A DNA stretch of 64,000 nt from Octopus bimaculoides (taxonomy: Eukaryota): positions 157,221,132 to 157,285,131 of the forward strand of contig NC_068982.1 in assembly GCF_001194135.2 (NCBI RefSeq), given 5' to 3'. The notes under the pieces are model-generated. The model was given only the letters and a program-made list of their open reading frames with translations, was not told the origin of the DNA and ran no database searches. Positions 1 through 11,520 of the stretch are shown one piece after another; within the stretch, counting starts at the first letter, position 1, and the number at the start of each line of letters is the position of its first letter. Position numbers and translations under genes: made by a program.

Positions 1-40
<40 letters not shown>

Positions 41-828
41 CATATATAAATATATATCGGTAGATAGATTGTAGGTATGCATGTCTGTATATATGCTTGT
101 CTGTGTGTGTTTGAGACATGCTTTGACAAGAGAGTCACTTTAAAAGTACGTGTGTGGTGGTAGTGTTGATAAGAATAACCTGTTAGTGGCTTCAGTTAAA
201 ATATTGCTAACATATTTTCTACAGCGAGGAAAGAAAAAGAAAACAAATTATAATATTACAAAAAAACATTAGCTTATCGATTAATTTTGAACAAGAAAAC
301 AAGGGAAATCCGAAATTTATAAAAATCTCAATTATTTAAAAAAAATACATAAAAACTGTATGTGTCTATGAATTGGAGGTTTAAGTTGATTTGTCGAGAA
401 AGCACGCTAACAACATCATGTTTATTGTGTAGAATAGTAAAGAAACGAGTGTTGACCTTACCATTTTCCATTTTGTCTAGTAGAAGAAACTTGTGCAACA
501 TGCCGGGCAGTAGGATTGAACCCTAAGCAACGTAGTTACAAAGCGAACTCCTTAACTACAAAGCAATTCTAATTTAAATTTATTCTTCGTACATGTTTTA
601 TCTCTAAACGTGAATATAGAAATTACAACATTATTTAATGTATGCTTTGTACTTTTAGAAAGTAGTAGTACATAACGTAAAGGAGTTGTAGTAGTTATTT
701 CTAAATATGACAAATGATTAATTATACAAGCTGCAATTGTATTTGCTTTAGGGGATAATTAATCCCAGGATTGTTCTGTTTGAGCTGATCTATGATAAAA
801 CGTATTCCAACCAGAAATCAGTCAGTGT

Positions 829-1060
829 CTTTTATTCTTTTACTTGTTTCAGTCATTTGACTGCGACCAAGTTGGGCGATCGCCTTAAGGGTTCTTTTTT
901 TTCTTTCTTTTAGTCAAAATAATCGACCCAAGGACTTATTCTTTGTAAGTGCGGAACTTATACTATCGGTCTCTTTCGCCGAACGGCTAATTTACGGGGA
1001 CGTAAACACACCAACATTGGTTGTCAAGTGACGGTGAAAAACACACCCACAAACACACAC

Positions 1061-1097
<37 letters not shown>

Positions 1098-1254
1098 CGA
1101 CAGGTTTCTTTCAGTTTCCGTCTACCAAATCAACTCACAAGGCTTTGGTTGGCTCGTGGCTGTAGTAAAAGACACTTGCCCAAGGTGCGACGCAGTGGGA
1201 CTGAACCTGGGACCGTGTGGTTGGGAAGCAAGCCCCTTACCACATAGCCACGCC
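829..1254 (-). mobile_element. CORE-like tRNA-derived SINE, full length, with internal (CA)/(TA) microsatellite
   Basis: Minus strand reads GGCGTGGCTATGTGGTAAG...GGTTCAGTCCCACTGCGTCGCACCTTGGGCAAGTGTCTT (A/B-box tRNA head plus CORE-type CTTGGGCAAGT), then a microsatellite, then a tail ending AATGACTGAAACAAGTAAAAGAATAAAAG. Homologous to copies at 5135, 46281 and 63882. Confidence 0.85.
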
Positions 1255-1344
1255 TACGCCTATATCTTATATCTTTTATATATTTCAGTAATTGGACCGC
1301 GGCCTTGATGGAACACTGTGTGGAAGGGTTCGGTCAAAGATATT

Positions 1345-1632
1345 GACTACGTTCTTATTTTTAAGTCTGATAATTATTCTATTCACCTCTTTTGCCGAAA
1401 CGCTAATTTATGGGGACATACACAAACCAAAACCGGTTGTCAACTGGTGGTGGAGGAAACAAAGAAAAAGACAAATACGTATGCATATATGCAAATACAT
1501 AAACATGCTTCCATGTGGTTTCTGCCTAATAAATATAGCTCGAAGCTGTTGCAGAAGACACTTGCCCAAGGTGCTGCACAGTGGGAATGAACCAAAAACC
1601 ACGAGGCTGCAAAACGATCTCCTAAACCACAG
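1345..1632 (-). mobile_element. Degenerate CORE-like SINE
   Basis: Contains GAAGACACTTGCCCAAGGTGCTGCACAGTGGGAATGAACC and TTTTGCCGAAACGCTAA, diverged matches to the 829-1254 copy. Confidence 0.7.
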
Positions 1633-1980
1633 ATCAATTCTAATTTAATTTCATTCTTCATGCATACATTTAAAATTGTTACTCTGGCAGTTGAAAAAAT
1701 TAGGAACAAGTATCATATAAGATGCACGAACGCCAGGGAAATATGTCCTGTGAATTACCAGCCGGTCTTGGTTTGTGTTTGTCCCTTAACTTTTATATCA
1801 CGGGTTAGGCAAAGGGTTCAAGAATATAATCTCTATGTTATCATTAGTATCACTAATCATCATCATGCGTTAAGAATATTTCTGCAACAAATAGTTTATA
1901 GCCTCCAACAAAAGTTACCACTTTTCAGTGCCCAGTTAAATGTGACACATACTCTATTTTAATGTTCATAAACTACATCT

Positions 1981-2770
1981 AAATGTACTTGTATTTGTAA
2001 GATAGGTTTGGAGCACCGCCAACAAAGTTGTAGCATCTACGTATTTTTTTGTTATCTTTGATACCTTCAGAAGAGTGGTCTTCAGTTTGATATATTTGGG
2101 ATTACTGTTACATTCTGCAAAGTGTTCTACTCTGTTTTAATTTCTGGTGAGCAACTGGTACTTAGTTTATCGACCCCGAAAGGATGAAAAGCAAAATCGA
2201 CCTCGGCGGAATTTGAACTCAGAACGTAAAGACAGACGAAATGCCGCTAAGCATTTTGCCCGGTGTGCTAACGTTTCATTCTTCTTTACTGCCCACAAAG
2301 AGCTACACACAGAGGGGACAAACAAGGACAGACAAACGGATTAAGTCGATTATATCGAACACAGTAAGCAACTGGTACTTATTTAATCGACCCCGGAAAG
2401 GATGAAAGGCAAAATCTACCTCGGCGGAATTTGAACTAAGAACGTAAAGACAGACGAAATACCGCTAAGCATTTCGCCTGGTGTGCTAACGTTTCTGCCA
2501 GCACGCCGTCTTAAACTACTTCTAAATACTATCAGAGAAGTAAGATTCTACCAGAGAGTATGAAAATACGAACAAAGTCTCATTCAAATCACAACCATAA
2601 AATAAATTAAAACAGAGTAGAACACATTGCAGAATGTAACAGTAATCCCAAATATATCAACCAAACTGAAAACCACTCTTCTGAAGGTATCAAAGATAAC
2701 AAAAAAATACGTAGATGCTACAACTCTGTTGGCGGTGCTCCAAACCTATCTTACAAATACAAGTACATTT
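1981..2770. repeat. Long inverted repeat (arms 1981-2143 and 2604-2770) enclosing a SINE dimer
   Basis: AAATGTACTTGTATTTGTAAGATAGG...CTCTGTTTTAATTT is the reverse complement of AAATTAAAACAGAG...CCTATCTTACAAATACAAGTACATTT, with a few substitutions and one 4-nt indel. Confidence 0.9.
2146..2512 (-). mobile_element. Meta-like tRNA SINE, head-to-tail dimer (second unit truncated)
   Basis: Two tandem copies of the family core (consensus TTTATCGACCCCGAAAGGATGAAAGGCAAAGTCGACCTCGGCGGAATTTGAACTC); junction at 2277/2278. Confidence 0.85.
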
Positions 2771-4219
2771 GTAGAAGATTCGCACACATACTTATATTAT
2801 TTATATGTGTATCTGTGCATATGTAAGGACTTTAACTTGACAACATATTAAAATATACCTGTTTAATGGTATACCCTGAAGATTTGAGATATGAAATGCT
2901 ATTTATTGCATTGTTATTTATAGCATTATGAGTTTCGCAGATCTATATATGCCTTCCTGTGTAATATTTCGTTCCAATGTCTTAAAGATAAACTTGTTGG
3001 CATAATAAATTCATTCGTCATTTTTATTATTGTTCAATAAATAGATAGTGCAGTATCAAACAGTTGATATATTCATATAAGAAAAAGTACAACAAAGCGA
3101 AGTGGGTATTCGTTATATTAACACTGAAGTGTGTGTGTGGGGGGGGGGGTAGTAGATTTTCCAATGTAATTCTTGTTTATTTAAAACAGTAGTGTCTGAT
3201 TTATGAGATATTTGGTTGCTATTTCTAGTAGGTCGCTGACCTACTAGAACGAACACGTTGAAACTTCTTAGAAGATTTATTGATAGCAAAGGCGTGTGTG
3301 TGTGTGGGGGGGGGGGTGCAATTGGCTTGAGACATGGTTGGAGGAAGGGCTATGGGTAGAGGTAATAGTGTAGTGTGTATGATAACCAGTGACCAGCACG
3401 TAGACATACGACCACAAAGAAACAAGGCAGAACAAGCGCGTGAAATAATGGGTGGGGTGTATATTTGATAACGGATCTTCTATATATATATGTGTTTGTG
3501 TGTGTGTGTGTTTATATGTATGTATTTACGTATGTGTGTATGTATATGTATATGTTTGTGTGTACATGTTGTGTATTGATGTTTTCGTGTCGTTAGTTGA
3601 ACCAATTGACGTGTAAATTGTGTTATGGCTCTGTTTAGTCGTTTATTTACTTAGAATTGTATGTTTAGTATAAATTCACTGAGGTGTTAAAAGTGATGAC
3701 AATGATTTACGTCTTTTGTCTGTTATGATATGTTGGTGTTAGAGTGTGATGTGAAACACGAGGTAGGGACAAATTCTTCTCTCTCCCCCCCTCTCCCTCC
3801 CCCCTCTCTCTCTCTTTCTCCCCTCTCACTCTCTTTCTGGTGTTGTAATATAAGATACTTTTTCGTGTTACAAGATATTATATTACAATGAAGATCGATT
3901 TGTTTTCTTGCTTTTCATCTTTTGCTTGTCACTTGTATAATTCCTTGATGTCTTTTAATAAGTCCCCTTGTTAATGACGTTGCTGTAGTTGTTGTTTACC
4001 CAGTCTAGGAGTCTTAGGAGTAAGGACAGTCTTTCCTTGACCAGCTTGTATTTCCTTATATCGATTAGCGCATTAGTTAATCCGTCATTCACTTTAAAAA
4101 GATAGAGAATGGTTTATAGATATATGACTACTATTTCTAGTTGGGCGAGCAAGCCTGGAGTAACTTACGTATGAAGCATACATTTTCAGATGGTTTATCT
4201 TCATGTTAATATTGACCAG

Positions 4220-4605
4220 TGGAGGCACAATGGCCCAGTGGTTAGGGCAGCGGACCCGCAGTCATAGGATCGCGGTTTCGATTCCCAGACCGGGCGTTTT
4301 GAGTGTTTATTGAGCGAAAACACCTAAAATTCCACGTTACTCTGGCAGGGGATGGTGTCGAACCCTGCTGTGCTCTTTCACCACAACTTTCTCTCACTCT
4401 TACTTCCTGTTTCTGTTGTGCCTGTAATTCAAAGGTTCAGCCTTGTCACACTGTGTCACGCTGAATACCCCCGAGAACTACGTTAAGGGTACACGTGTCT
4501 GTGGAGTGCTCAGCCACTTACACGTTAATTTCACGAGCAGGCTGTTCCGTTGATCGGATCAACTGGAACCCTCGACGTCGTAAGCGACGGAGTGCCAACA
4601 ACAGC
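4220..4605 (+). mobile_element. tRNA-derived SINE with Deu/Nin-like central domain, full length, 12-bp TSD
   Basis: Head GGAGGCACAATGGCCCAGTGGTTAGGGCAGCGGAC...GGTTTCGATTCCC. TSD AATATTGACCAG at 4208-4219 and 4606-4617. A second copy lies at 7737. The Deu/Nin assignment is from recalled similarity of CACGTTAATTTCACGAGCA only. Confidence 0.85.
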
Positions 4606-5134
4606 AATATTGACCAGCGCCACTCTTCCTACAACTGGTGATGTTTTTACTATTGTGTTTGTTTTTGTTACTCTCATCATTGATGCAGTTACTTCAGCTG
4701 CTGCGATTGCACTTACTGTTGCTGCTGCAGCAGCTGCATTTGTCGTTTGTAATTGTTGCTACATTAGCTACAAACAAAGGCTATTTAAACTGATAAAACT
4801 GGAAGGTGTTAATTCTTAACCAGAATGTTATTAGTTCCTATTCAGTCACCTGCTTCTTCCTATATTTTCCAGCGCCGATACGACCAAGCACTCCCTGGTT
4901 TCAACAACAGCTTAAACGGGAAAGTATGACACCCTTGCTAATAATTAGTAATAATGTATTACATAGGCAGAAGGTCGAAATCCTTTGTGTGCGTCTGTGT
5001 AGAATGGTGTTGTCAACTGACATCAAAACTTCTGTAGGAAATGATTTCATCGATTCCAGTATAACAAACGACAACTTTGGCATCGATGTGATTTGAACTG
5101 CGAATGCTGTAACGATTTTCCCCAATACTCTCTT

Positions 5135-5508
5135 TACTCGTTTACTCTTTTACTTGTTTCAGTCATTTGACTGCGGCCATGTTGGAGCACCGCATTTTAG
5201 TCGAGAAAATCGACCCCAGGACTTATTCTTTGTAAGCCTAGTACTTATTCTATCTGTCTCTTTTGCCGAACCGCTAAGTTATGGGGATGTAAACACACCA
5301 CCATCGGTTGTCGAGCGATGTTGGGGTGGGGGACAAACACAGACGCACAAACATATACACACACATACCTATATACATATACACGACGGGCCCCTTTCAG
5401 TTTCCGTCTACTAAATCCACTCACAAGACTTTGGTCAGCCCGAAGCTATAGTAGAAGACACTTGCCCATGTGGTTCGTAAGCAAGCTACTTACCACACAG
5501 CCACTCCT
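5135..5508 (-). mobile_element. CORE-like SINE with internal deletion in the head
   Basis: Tail TTTACTTGTTTCAGTCATTTGACTGCGGCCATG and head CTTACCACACAGCCACTCCT; the segment between CTTGCCC and ATGTGGTT is missing. Confidence 0.85.
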
Positions 5509-5534
5509 ACGCCTAGTTCTAAAGATAATGATCA

Positions 5535-5690
5535 TTTCTACTACAGGCACAAGGGCTGAAATTTGGTGGGCGGAATTAAGTCGATTACATTTACCTGGTA
5601 CTTATTTTATCGACCCCGAAATGATTAAAGGCAAAGTCGACCACGGCAGCATTTGATCCCGGTGCAGTAACGATTCTACCAGCTTGCCAC
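5535..5690 (-). mobile_element. Older Meta-like SINE (tail type A)
   Basis: AGGCACAAGGGCTGAAATTTGG...TTATCGACCCCGAAATGATTAAAGGCAAAGTCGAC. Confidence 0.7.
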
Positions 5691-6662
5691 CTTAGTTCTA
5701 ATGACAACAATGGTTTCTGATGTAGACACAACTTCAGCAGGTTTGAGGAGATTAAATCGATTCTAGTACATGATTTTATGTATCTCAGCAGATGAAAAAG
5801 AAAGTTTTGCCTCACCCGGATTTGAACACAGAAGGTAATAAATCAAAAGAAATACTGCATGTTATTTTGTCCCACAGGGTATGGGTTTAATAAACGAAAT
5901 AAATTCAAGTACATGACTGGTACTTTATTTATTCGACCTCAGAAAGACGAAACACATAGATGACCTTTCCTGGATTTGAACTTAGAATGTAAAGAGCGGT
6001 ATCTAAATCCATTTCTATAGTATTTGAGTCACAAATTTTAATAAGGATTTCTAAATTTGATAACGACTGATTACAACATTTTCGGCAAGAGGCGAATTAT
6101 CAATGAGTATTCATAGACACCCAGTGTTTGATTGGCACCTGCTTTATCGAATCTGATTTTTAAAGAATAGTAAGGCCAAGGGTGGAATGCCTTTGGTCAT
6201 AAGTCATTACAAAGAGCTTAGTCTTGGATCTAGGCGACAATTACAGCATCCGATCATAGGCGAAATGTTTCATAGTAGATTTGATGTTAAACAACAAGCT
6301 CTTATGACACATATACTACTACCACCACGTTACATCCCTATATTCAAACCAACACCTGCGCCCTATATAACCAGCACAAGCACTACTACAATCAACAGAG
6401 GAATGTCTATGCCATCGAGTAGTTTGCAAAAAGTAGCGGCTAATTTCCACTTAAACTAAATGCTCCGGTATTAAAGTTACTGATGGCGACGACAAAGATG
6501 AAGGCGATTGCGATAATGATGATGATCCTGGTGGTGTTAGTGAAAAGTTCTCTGAAAAAGGGGATGGGCCCTACTTTTCCTTCTGATGTATACACACAGA
6601 TGCACACATAGAGACCCGCACCCACAAACACATAAATACATATATTCATGCATACACACGAG

Positions 6663-6710
<48 letters not shown>

Positions 6711-6847
6711 TACAGCTACGAGAAGAAGAGAACGCGTTCCAATTCCTCCCTTTCTGTAGAATTAAGTTGATCAAATATAGTACCGATTATATATATATTT
6801 GAAACGCTTGTACCTGATTTATTCGTTGATTGACTATCATTTTTTGT

Positions 6848-6892
<45 letters not shown>

Positions 6893-7441
6893 AAATTCGT
6901 TTATGAGAAACTTCTTGAATATGCAAACAAAGCTCCTATTCCATTATGCCGACCACGGCCTAATAACGCTGACTGATGAACCAGTTTTTGAGATGGCATC
7001 GAGCTGTGCCGAAATAATGTAGGATAGATACAATTATAATAACAAAAATCCTTAGATGGAATTTATAAACATTTTAATGCAGCGCTAAGCGCGTTTCCAC
7101 AAAATATATGTCTCTTAATATCATAGTCCGTATTACTGGGATGATTACAGTGCAGTCCGTAGTATTTGTGGGTATCGGTTTGATCATCTTCATGGATTCA
7201 TTTCTTGAGATGATATAACATTAATAGATCTACAACGAAAATATGTTTAACTCGTTTTGATTAAGTGTAGTCGGATATTATCTATTCTATTCCTTAATTC
7301 TTGTATATATATATGTGTGTGTGTGTTATTCTTGTATTTCTATATGTGTGTATGTGCGTGTGTGTGCGCGTGCGTACGCAAGCGATTGCCTGTATGTGTG
7401 AGTATACACACTTGAATAAGTGAACACGAAGAAAAAAAATA

Positions 7442-7691
7442 TTGGGTTGGTGCATAATTACTGCGGCTTTTTTTCAACAAATTTTATTCAACAAAAACTA
7501 TAACAACATGTGACAAAAACATCTGTAAACGATTATTCTGGAGCATATTCACCATCTAGTTCAATTACTGCATCCTATTTACTTGGCAGACGGTCAGACC
7601 GTCATTAAAAGATGTTTTTGTTGAATAATGTTATTGTTTTTGTTGAATAAAATTTGTTGAAAAAATCTGCAATAATTATGCACCAACCCAA
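7442..7691. mobile_element. Mariner-type MITE (~250 bp)
   Basis: TIR TTGGGTTGGTGCATAATTA at the left and TAATTATGCACCAACCCAA at the right, extending as an imperfect IR for ~80 bp. TA precedes the left end. The TIR resembles Hsmar1/MADE1 TTAGGTTGGTGCAAAAGT. Confidence 0.85.
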
Positions 7692-7736
7692 CAACATTCA
7701 CCATATTTGGTAGGGGTTACATATACTTTTTTTTTG

Positions 7737-8047
7737 GAGGTGCAATGGCCCAGTGGTTAGGGCAGCGGACTCGCAGTCATAGGATCGCGGTTTCGATTCC
7801 CAAACTGAGCCCTGTGAATGTTTATTGAGCGAAAACACCTAAAGTTCCACGAGGCTCCGGCAGGCGATGATGGCGAACCCTACTGTACTCTTTCACCACA
7901 ACTTTCTCTCACTCTTACTTCCTGTTTCTGTTGTGCCTGTAATTCGAAGTCCACCCTTGTCACACTCTGTGTCACGCTGAATATCCCCGAGGACTACGTT
8001 AAGGGCACACATGTCTGTGGAGTGCTCAGCCACTTGCACGTTAATTT
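7737..8047 (+). mobile_element. Deu/Nin-like SINE, truncated by assembly gap
   Basis: High identity to 4220-4530; runs into the N gap at 8048. Confidence 0.85.
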
Positions 8048-9211
8048 NNNNNNNNNNNNNNNNNNNNNNNNNNNNNNNNNNNNNNNNNNNNNNNNNNNNN
8101 NNNNNNNNNNNNNNNNNNNNNNNNNNNNNNNNNNNNNNNNNNNNNNNNNNNNNNNNNNNNNNNNNNNNNNNNNNNNNNNNNNNNNNNNNNNNNNNNNNNN
8201 NNNNNNNNNNNNNNNNNNNNNNNNNNNNNNNNNNNNNNNNNNNNNNNNNNNNNNNNNNNNNNNNNNNNNNNNNNNNNNNNNNNNNNNNNNNNNNNNNNNN
8301 NNNNNNNNNNNNNNNNNNNNNNNNNNNNNNNNNNNNNNNNNNNNNNNNNNNNNNNNNNNNNNNNNNNNNNNNNNNNNNNNNNNNNNNNNNNNNNNNNNNN
8401 NNNNNNNNNNNNNNNNNNNNNNNNNNNNNNNNNNNNNNNNNNNNNNNNNNNNNNNNNNNNNNNNNNNNNNNNNNNNNNNNNNNNNNNNNNNNNNNNNNNN
8501 NNNNNNNNNNNNNNNNNNNNNNNNNNNNNNNNNNNNNNNNNNNNNNNNNNNNNNNNNNNNNNNNNNNNNNNNNNNNNNNNNNNNNNNNNNNNNNNNNNNN
8601 NNNNNNNNNNNNNNNNNNNNNNNNNNNNNNNNNNNNNNNNNNNNNNNNNNNNNNNNNNNNNNNNNNNNNNNNNNNNNNNNNNNNNNNNNNNNNNNNNNNN
8701 NNNNNNNNNNNNNNNNNNNNNNNNNNNNNNNNNNNNNNNNNNNNNNNNNNNNNNNNNNNNNNNNNNNNNNNNNNNNNNNNNNNNNNNNNNNNNNNNNNNN
8801 NNNNNNNNNNNNNNNNNNNNNNNNNNNNNNNNNNNNNNNNNNNNNNNNNNNNNNNNNNNNNNNNNNNNNNNNNNNNNNNNNNNNNNNTATATATATATAA
8901 TACAAATAATAAATGAGTATATGCATATATACGTACGTGTATGTACATACCTACATCTACCTGTATATATAGATGCATATCTGGGTAGAGGACATTGCAA
9001 ACAGAACGTAGACAAAATGATAAACAGAGTACAGAAAACACACAGGCCACATAGAGAACATATATATATATATATGCATGTATGTATATACATATGCATA
9101 CACACATACACAAACACATACATTTATAAGAACGCGTAGATCATTGCACACAAACCATTTCCAGGACTTCACTTCTTCATAGTTTTCCCACTTATCATCA
9201 TCAGTACTCAC

Positions 9212-9343
9212 ACTATCACGACATCCCCCCCTACAAACACCATAAGCGCCGCCAAGCGGTAAGTAGTAGTAGTTGTAGTAGTGGGAGGTGGGGAGGGCAA
9301 GAAGAAGGAGGAGGAGGAGGAGGAGGAGAGTCCAACATCTCAT
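9212..9343 (-). CDS. Candidate first coding exon of a small secreted Tyr/Gly/Cys-rich protein (unconfirmed; strand ambiguous)
   Basis: ATG at 9343 gives MRCWTLLLLLLLLLLALPTSHYYNYYYLPLGGAYGVCRGGCRDS, followed by a GTGAGT donor in phase 0. The poly-Leu derives from (CTC)n, and the plus strand is also open. Confidence 0.2.
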
Positions 9344-11107
9344 CTCGCTGCAGCTGACGGCAAAAGCAAGCAAGCAAGCAAAGTAAGGAAGCAAGCAAAA
9401 GAAATGTAAGCGGCAACTCATTATTCAGCGTCATAGGAGAAAGAATAAGGCCGACACACTGTCCCCTTTGAAAGGTGACCCTAATCAAATTCCTAAGTTT
9501 CGCTAATCAGATTACTGTGTTACAGATATTAGGCTTTCGCACATTGTTTCACCTCCTTAATTAACGTTTGTCTGCCCGAAAATCCCAAAAGCATGCAGCG
9601 AGCCATCTCATAGCGGATTTATAAACAGTTTAGTAACCTTTAAAGTAACATTTTCTAAGATTGGCTTGGCTTTCTGCCCAGAATGGTATTTTCCCCAGGG
9701 GACGTGAAAAGCTGCCCTTACAAGAAGAATTAGGTGAAGAGCTAATATATTTACTTGTGTATACTCATCTTCTATTATCGCTTTCTGCTTGCTCTCTTTT
9801 ATTTATTTTCGTTTTCTATTTGTTTGCCTATTATTTGCTTTCTGTATGCATGCGTAGCTGCATGAATATATATATGGCTATGTGTATATATGTAGGTATA
9901 TATGTGAATATGAGAGTGTACGTGTATATTGATATTCATATGTGTATATATATATATATATATNNNNNNNNNNNNNNNNNNNNNNNNNNNNNNNNNNNNN
10001 NNNNNNNNNNNNNNNNNNNNNNNNNNNNNNNNNNNNNNNNNNNNNNNNNNNNNNNNNNNNNNNNNNNNNNNNNNNNNNNNNNNNNNNNNNNNNNNNNNNN
10101 NNNNNNNNNNNNNNNNNNNNNNNNNNNNNNNNNNNNNNNNNNNNNNNNNNNNNNNNNNNNNNNNNNNNNNNNNNNNNNNNNNNNNNNNNNNNNNNNNNNN
10201 NNNNNNNNNNNNNNNNNNNNNNNNNNNNNNNNNNNNNNNNNNNNNNNNNNNNNNNNNNNNNNNNNNNNNNNNNNNNNNNNNNNNNNNNNNNNNNNNNNNN
10301 NNNNNNNNNNNNNNNNNNNNNNNNNNNNNNNNNNNNNNNNNNNNNNNNNNNNNNNNNNNNNNNNNNNNNNNNNNNNNNNNNNNNNNNNNNNNNNNNNNNN
10401 NNNNNNNNNNNNNNNNNNNNNNNNNNNNNNNNNNNNNNNNNNNNNNNNNNNNNNNNNNNNNNNNNNNNNNNNNNNNNNNNNNNNNNNNNNNNNNNNNNNN
10501 NNNNNNNNNNNNNNNNNNNNNNNNNNNNNNNNNNNNNNNNNNNNNNNNNNNNNNNNNNNNNNNNNNNNNNNNNNNNNNNNNNNNNNNNNNNNNNNNNNNN
10601 NNNNNNNNNNNNNNNNNNNNNNNNNNNNNNNNNNNNNNNNNNNNNNNNNNNNNNNNNNNNNNNNNNNNNNNNNNNNNNNNNNNNNNNNNNNNNNNNNNNN
10701 NNNNNNNNNNNNNNNNNNNNNNNNNNNNNNNNNNNNNNNNNNNNNNNNNNNNNNNNNNNNNNNNNNNNNNNNNNNATATATATATATATATATATACATA
10801 TGTATATATATACACACACGCAAACACTCTCACATACATATAGATATTTACCTGTACACCCTGAGTAAAGATGTACTATCAACATTTGTTGCTAAGGCAA
10901 TGACAACAAACAGTCAAAATACATTTATTTGGCGGTACTTTAGACCAAATTATGGTACTTCTTACAAGTAAATATTTTCCCCTTTAGCCCTTCTCCTAGT
11001 TCTTCTCCTCCTTCCCCTATTTCTTTTACCTTCTCTTCCCGCTTTTCTTTCCTTTCACTATAGCACCTCACACTGTTCATCTCTTCCCGCTTCACCCGCC
11101 ATTATTC

Positions 11108-11520
11108 TTTTCTAATCTAGGTACAAGGCCCGAAATTTGGGGGGAGGGGACCAGTCGATTAGATCGACCTCAGTACGCAACTTAATTTATCGACCCCGAA
11201 AGTATGAAAGACAAAGTCGACCTGGGCAGAATTTGAACTTCAGAACGTAATACAGCTAAGCATTTCGCCTGGCGTGCTAACATTTCGTATTTCTTTATTG
11301 CCCACAAGGGGCTAAACATAGAGGGGTCAAACAAGGACAGAGAGAGAGATTAAGTCGATTACATCGACCCCAGTGCGTAACTGGTATTTAATTTATCGAA
11401 CCCGAAAGGATGAAAGGCAAAGTCGACCTTGGCGGAATTTGAACTCAGAACGTTGAGGCAGACGAAATACCGCTAAGCCTTTCGCCCGGCCTGCTAATGT
11501 TTCTGCCAGCTCGACGCCTT
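11108..11520 (-). mobile_element. Meta-like SINE dimer (tail-B unit followed by tail-A unit)
   Basis: The full head ends at 11520; junction at 11286/11287; the second unit ends in the CCCCAAATTTCGGGCCTTGTACCTAGA tail. Confidence 0.85.

Noticed and set aside
4220-4295. tRNA gene calls for SINE heads (here and at the other SINE copies)
   Set aside because: A/B boxes are present, but they continue into SINE bodies with TSDs and lack a complete cloverleaf.
6187-6570. Coding-like low-complexity frames on both strands
   Set aside because: All frames terminate quickly, the start overlaps a probable repeat fragment, and no consistent exon boundaries are present.
6964-7020. CTGATGA...GCCGAAA hammerhead-like spacing (also CACCTGATGAA near 30697)
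   Set aside because: No stem II adjacent to the core and no stem I pairing.
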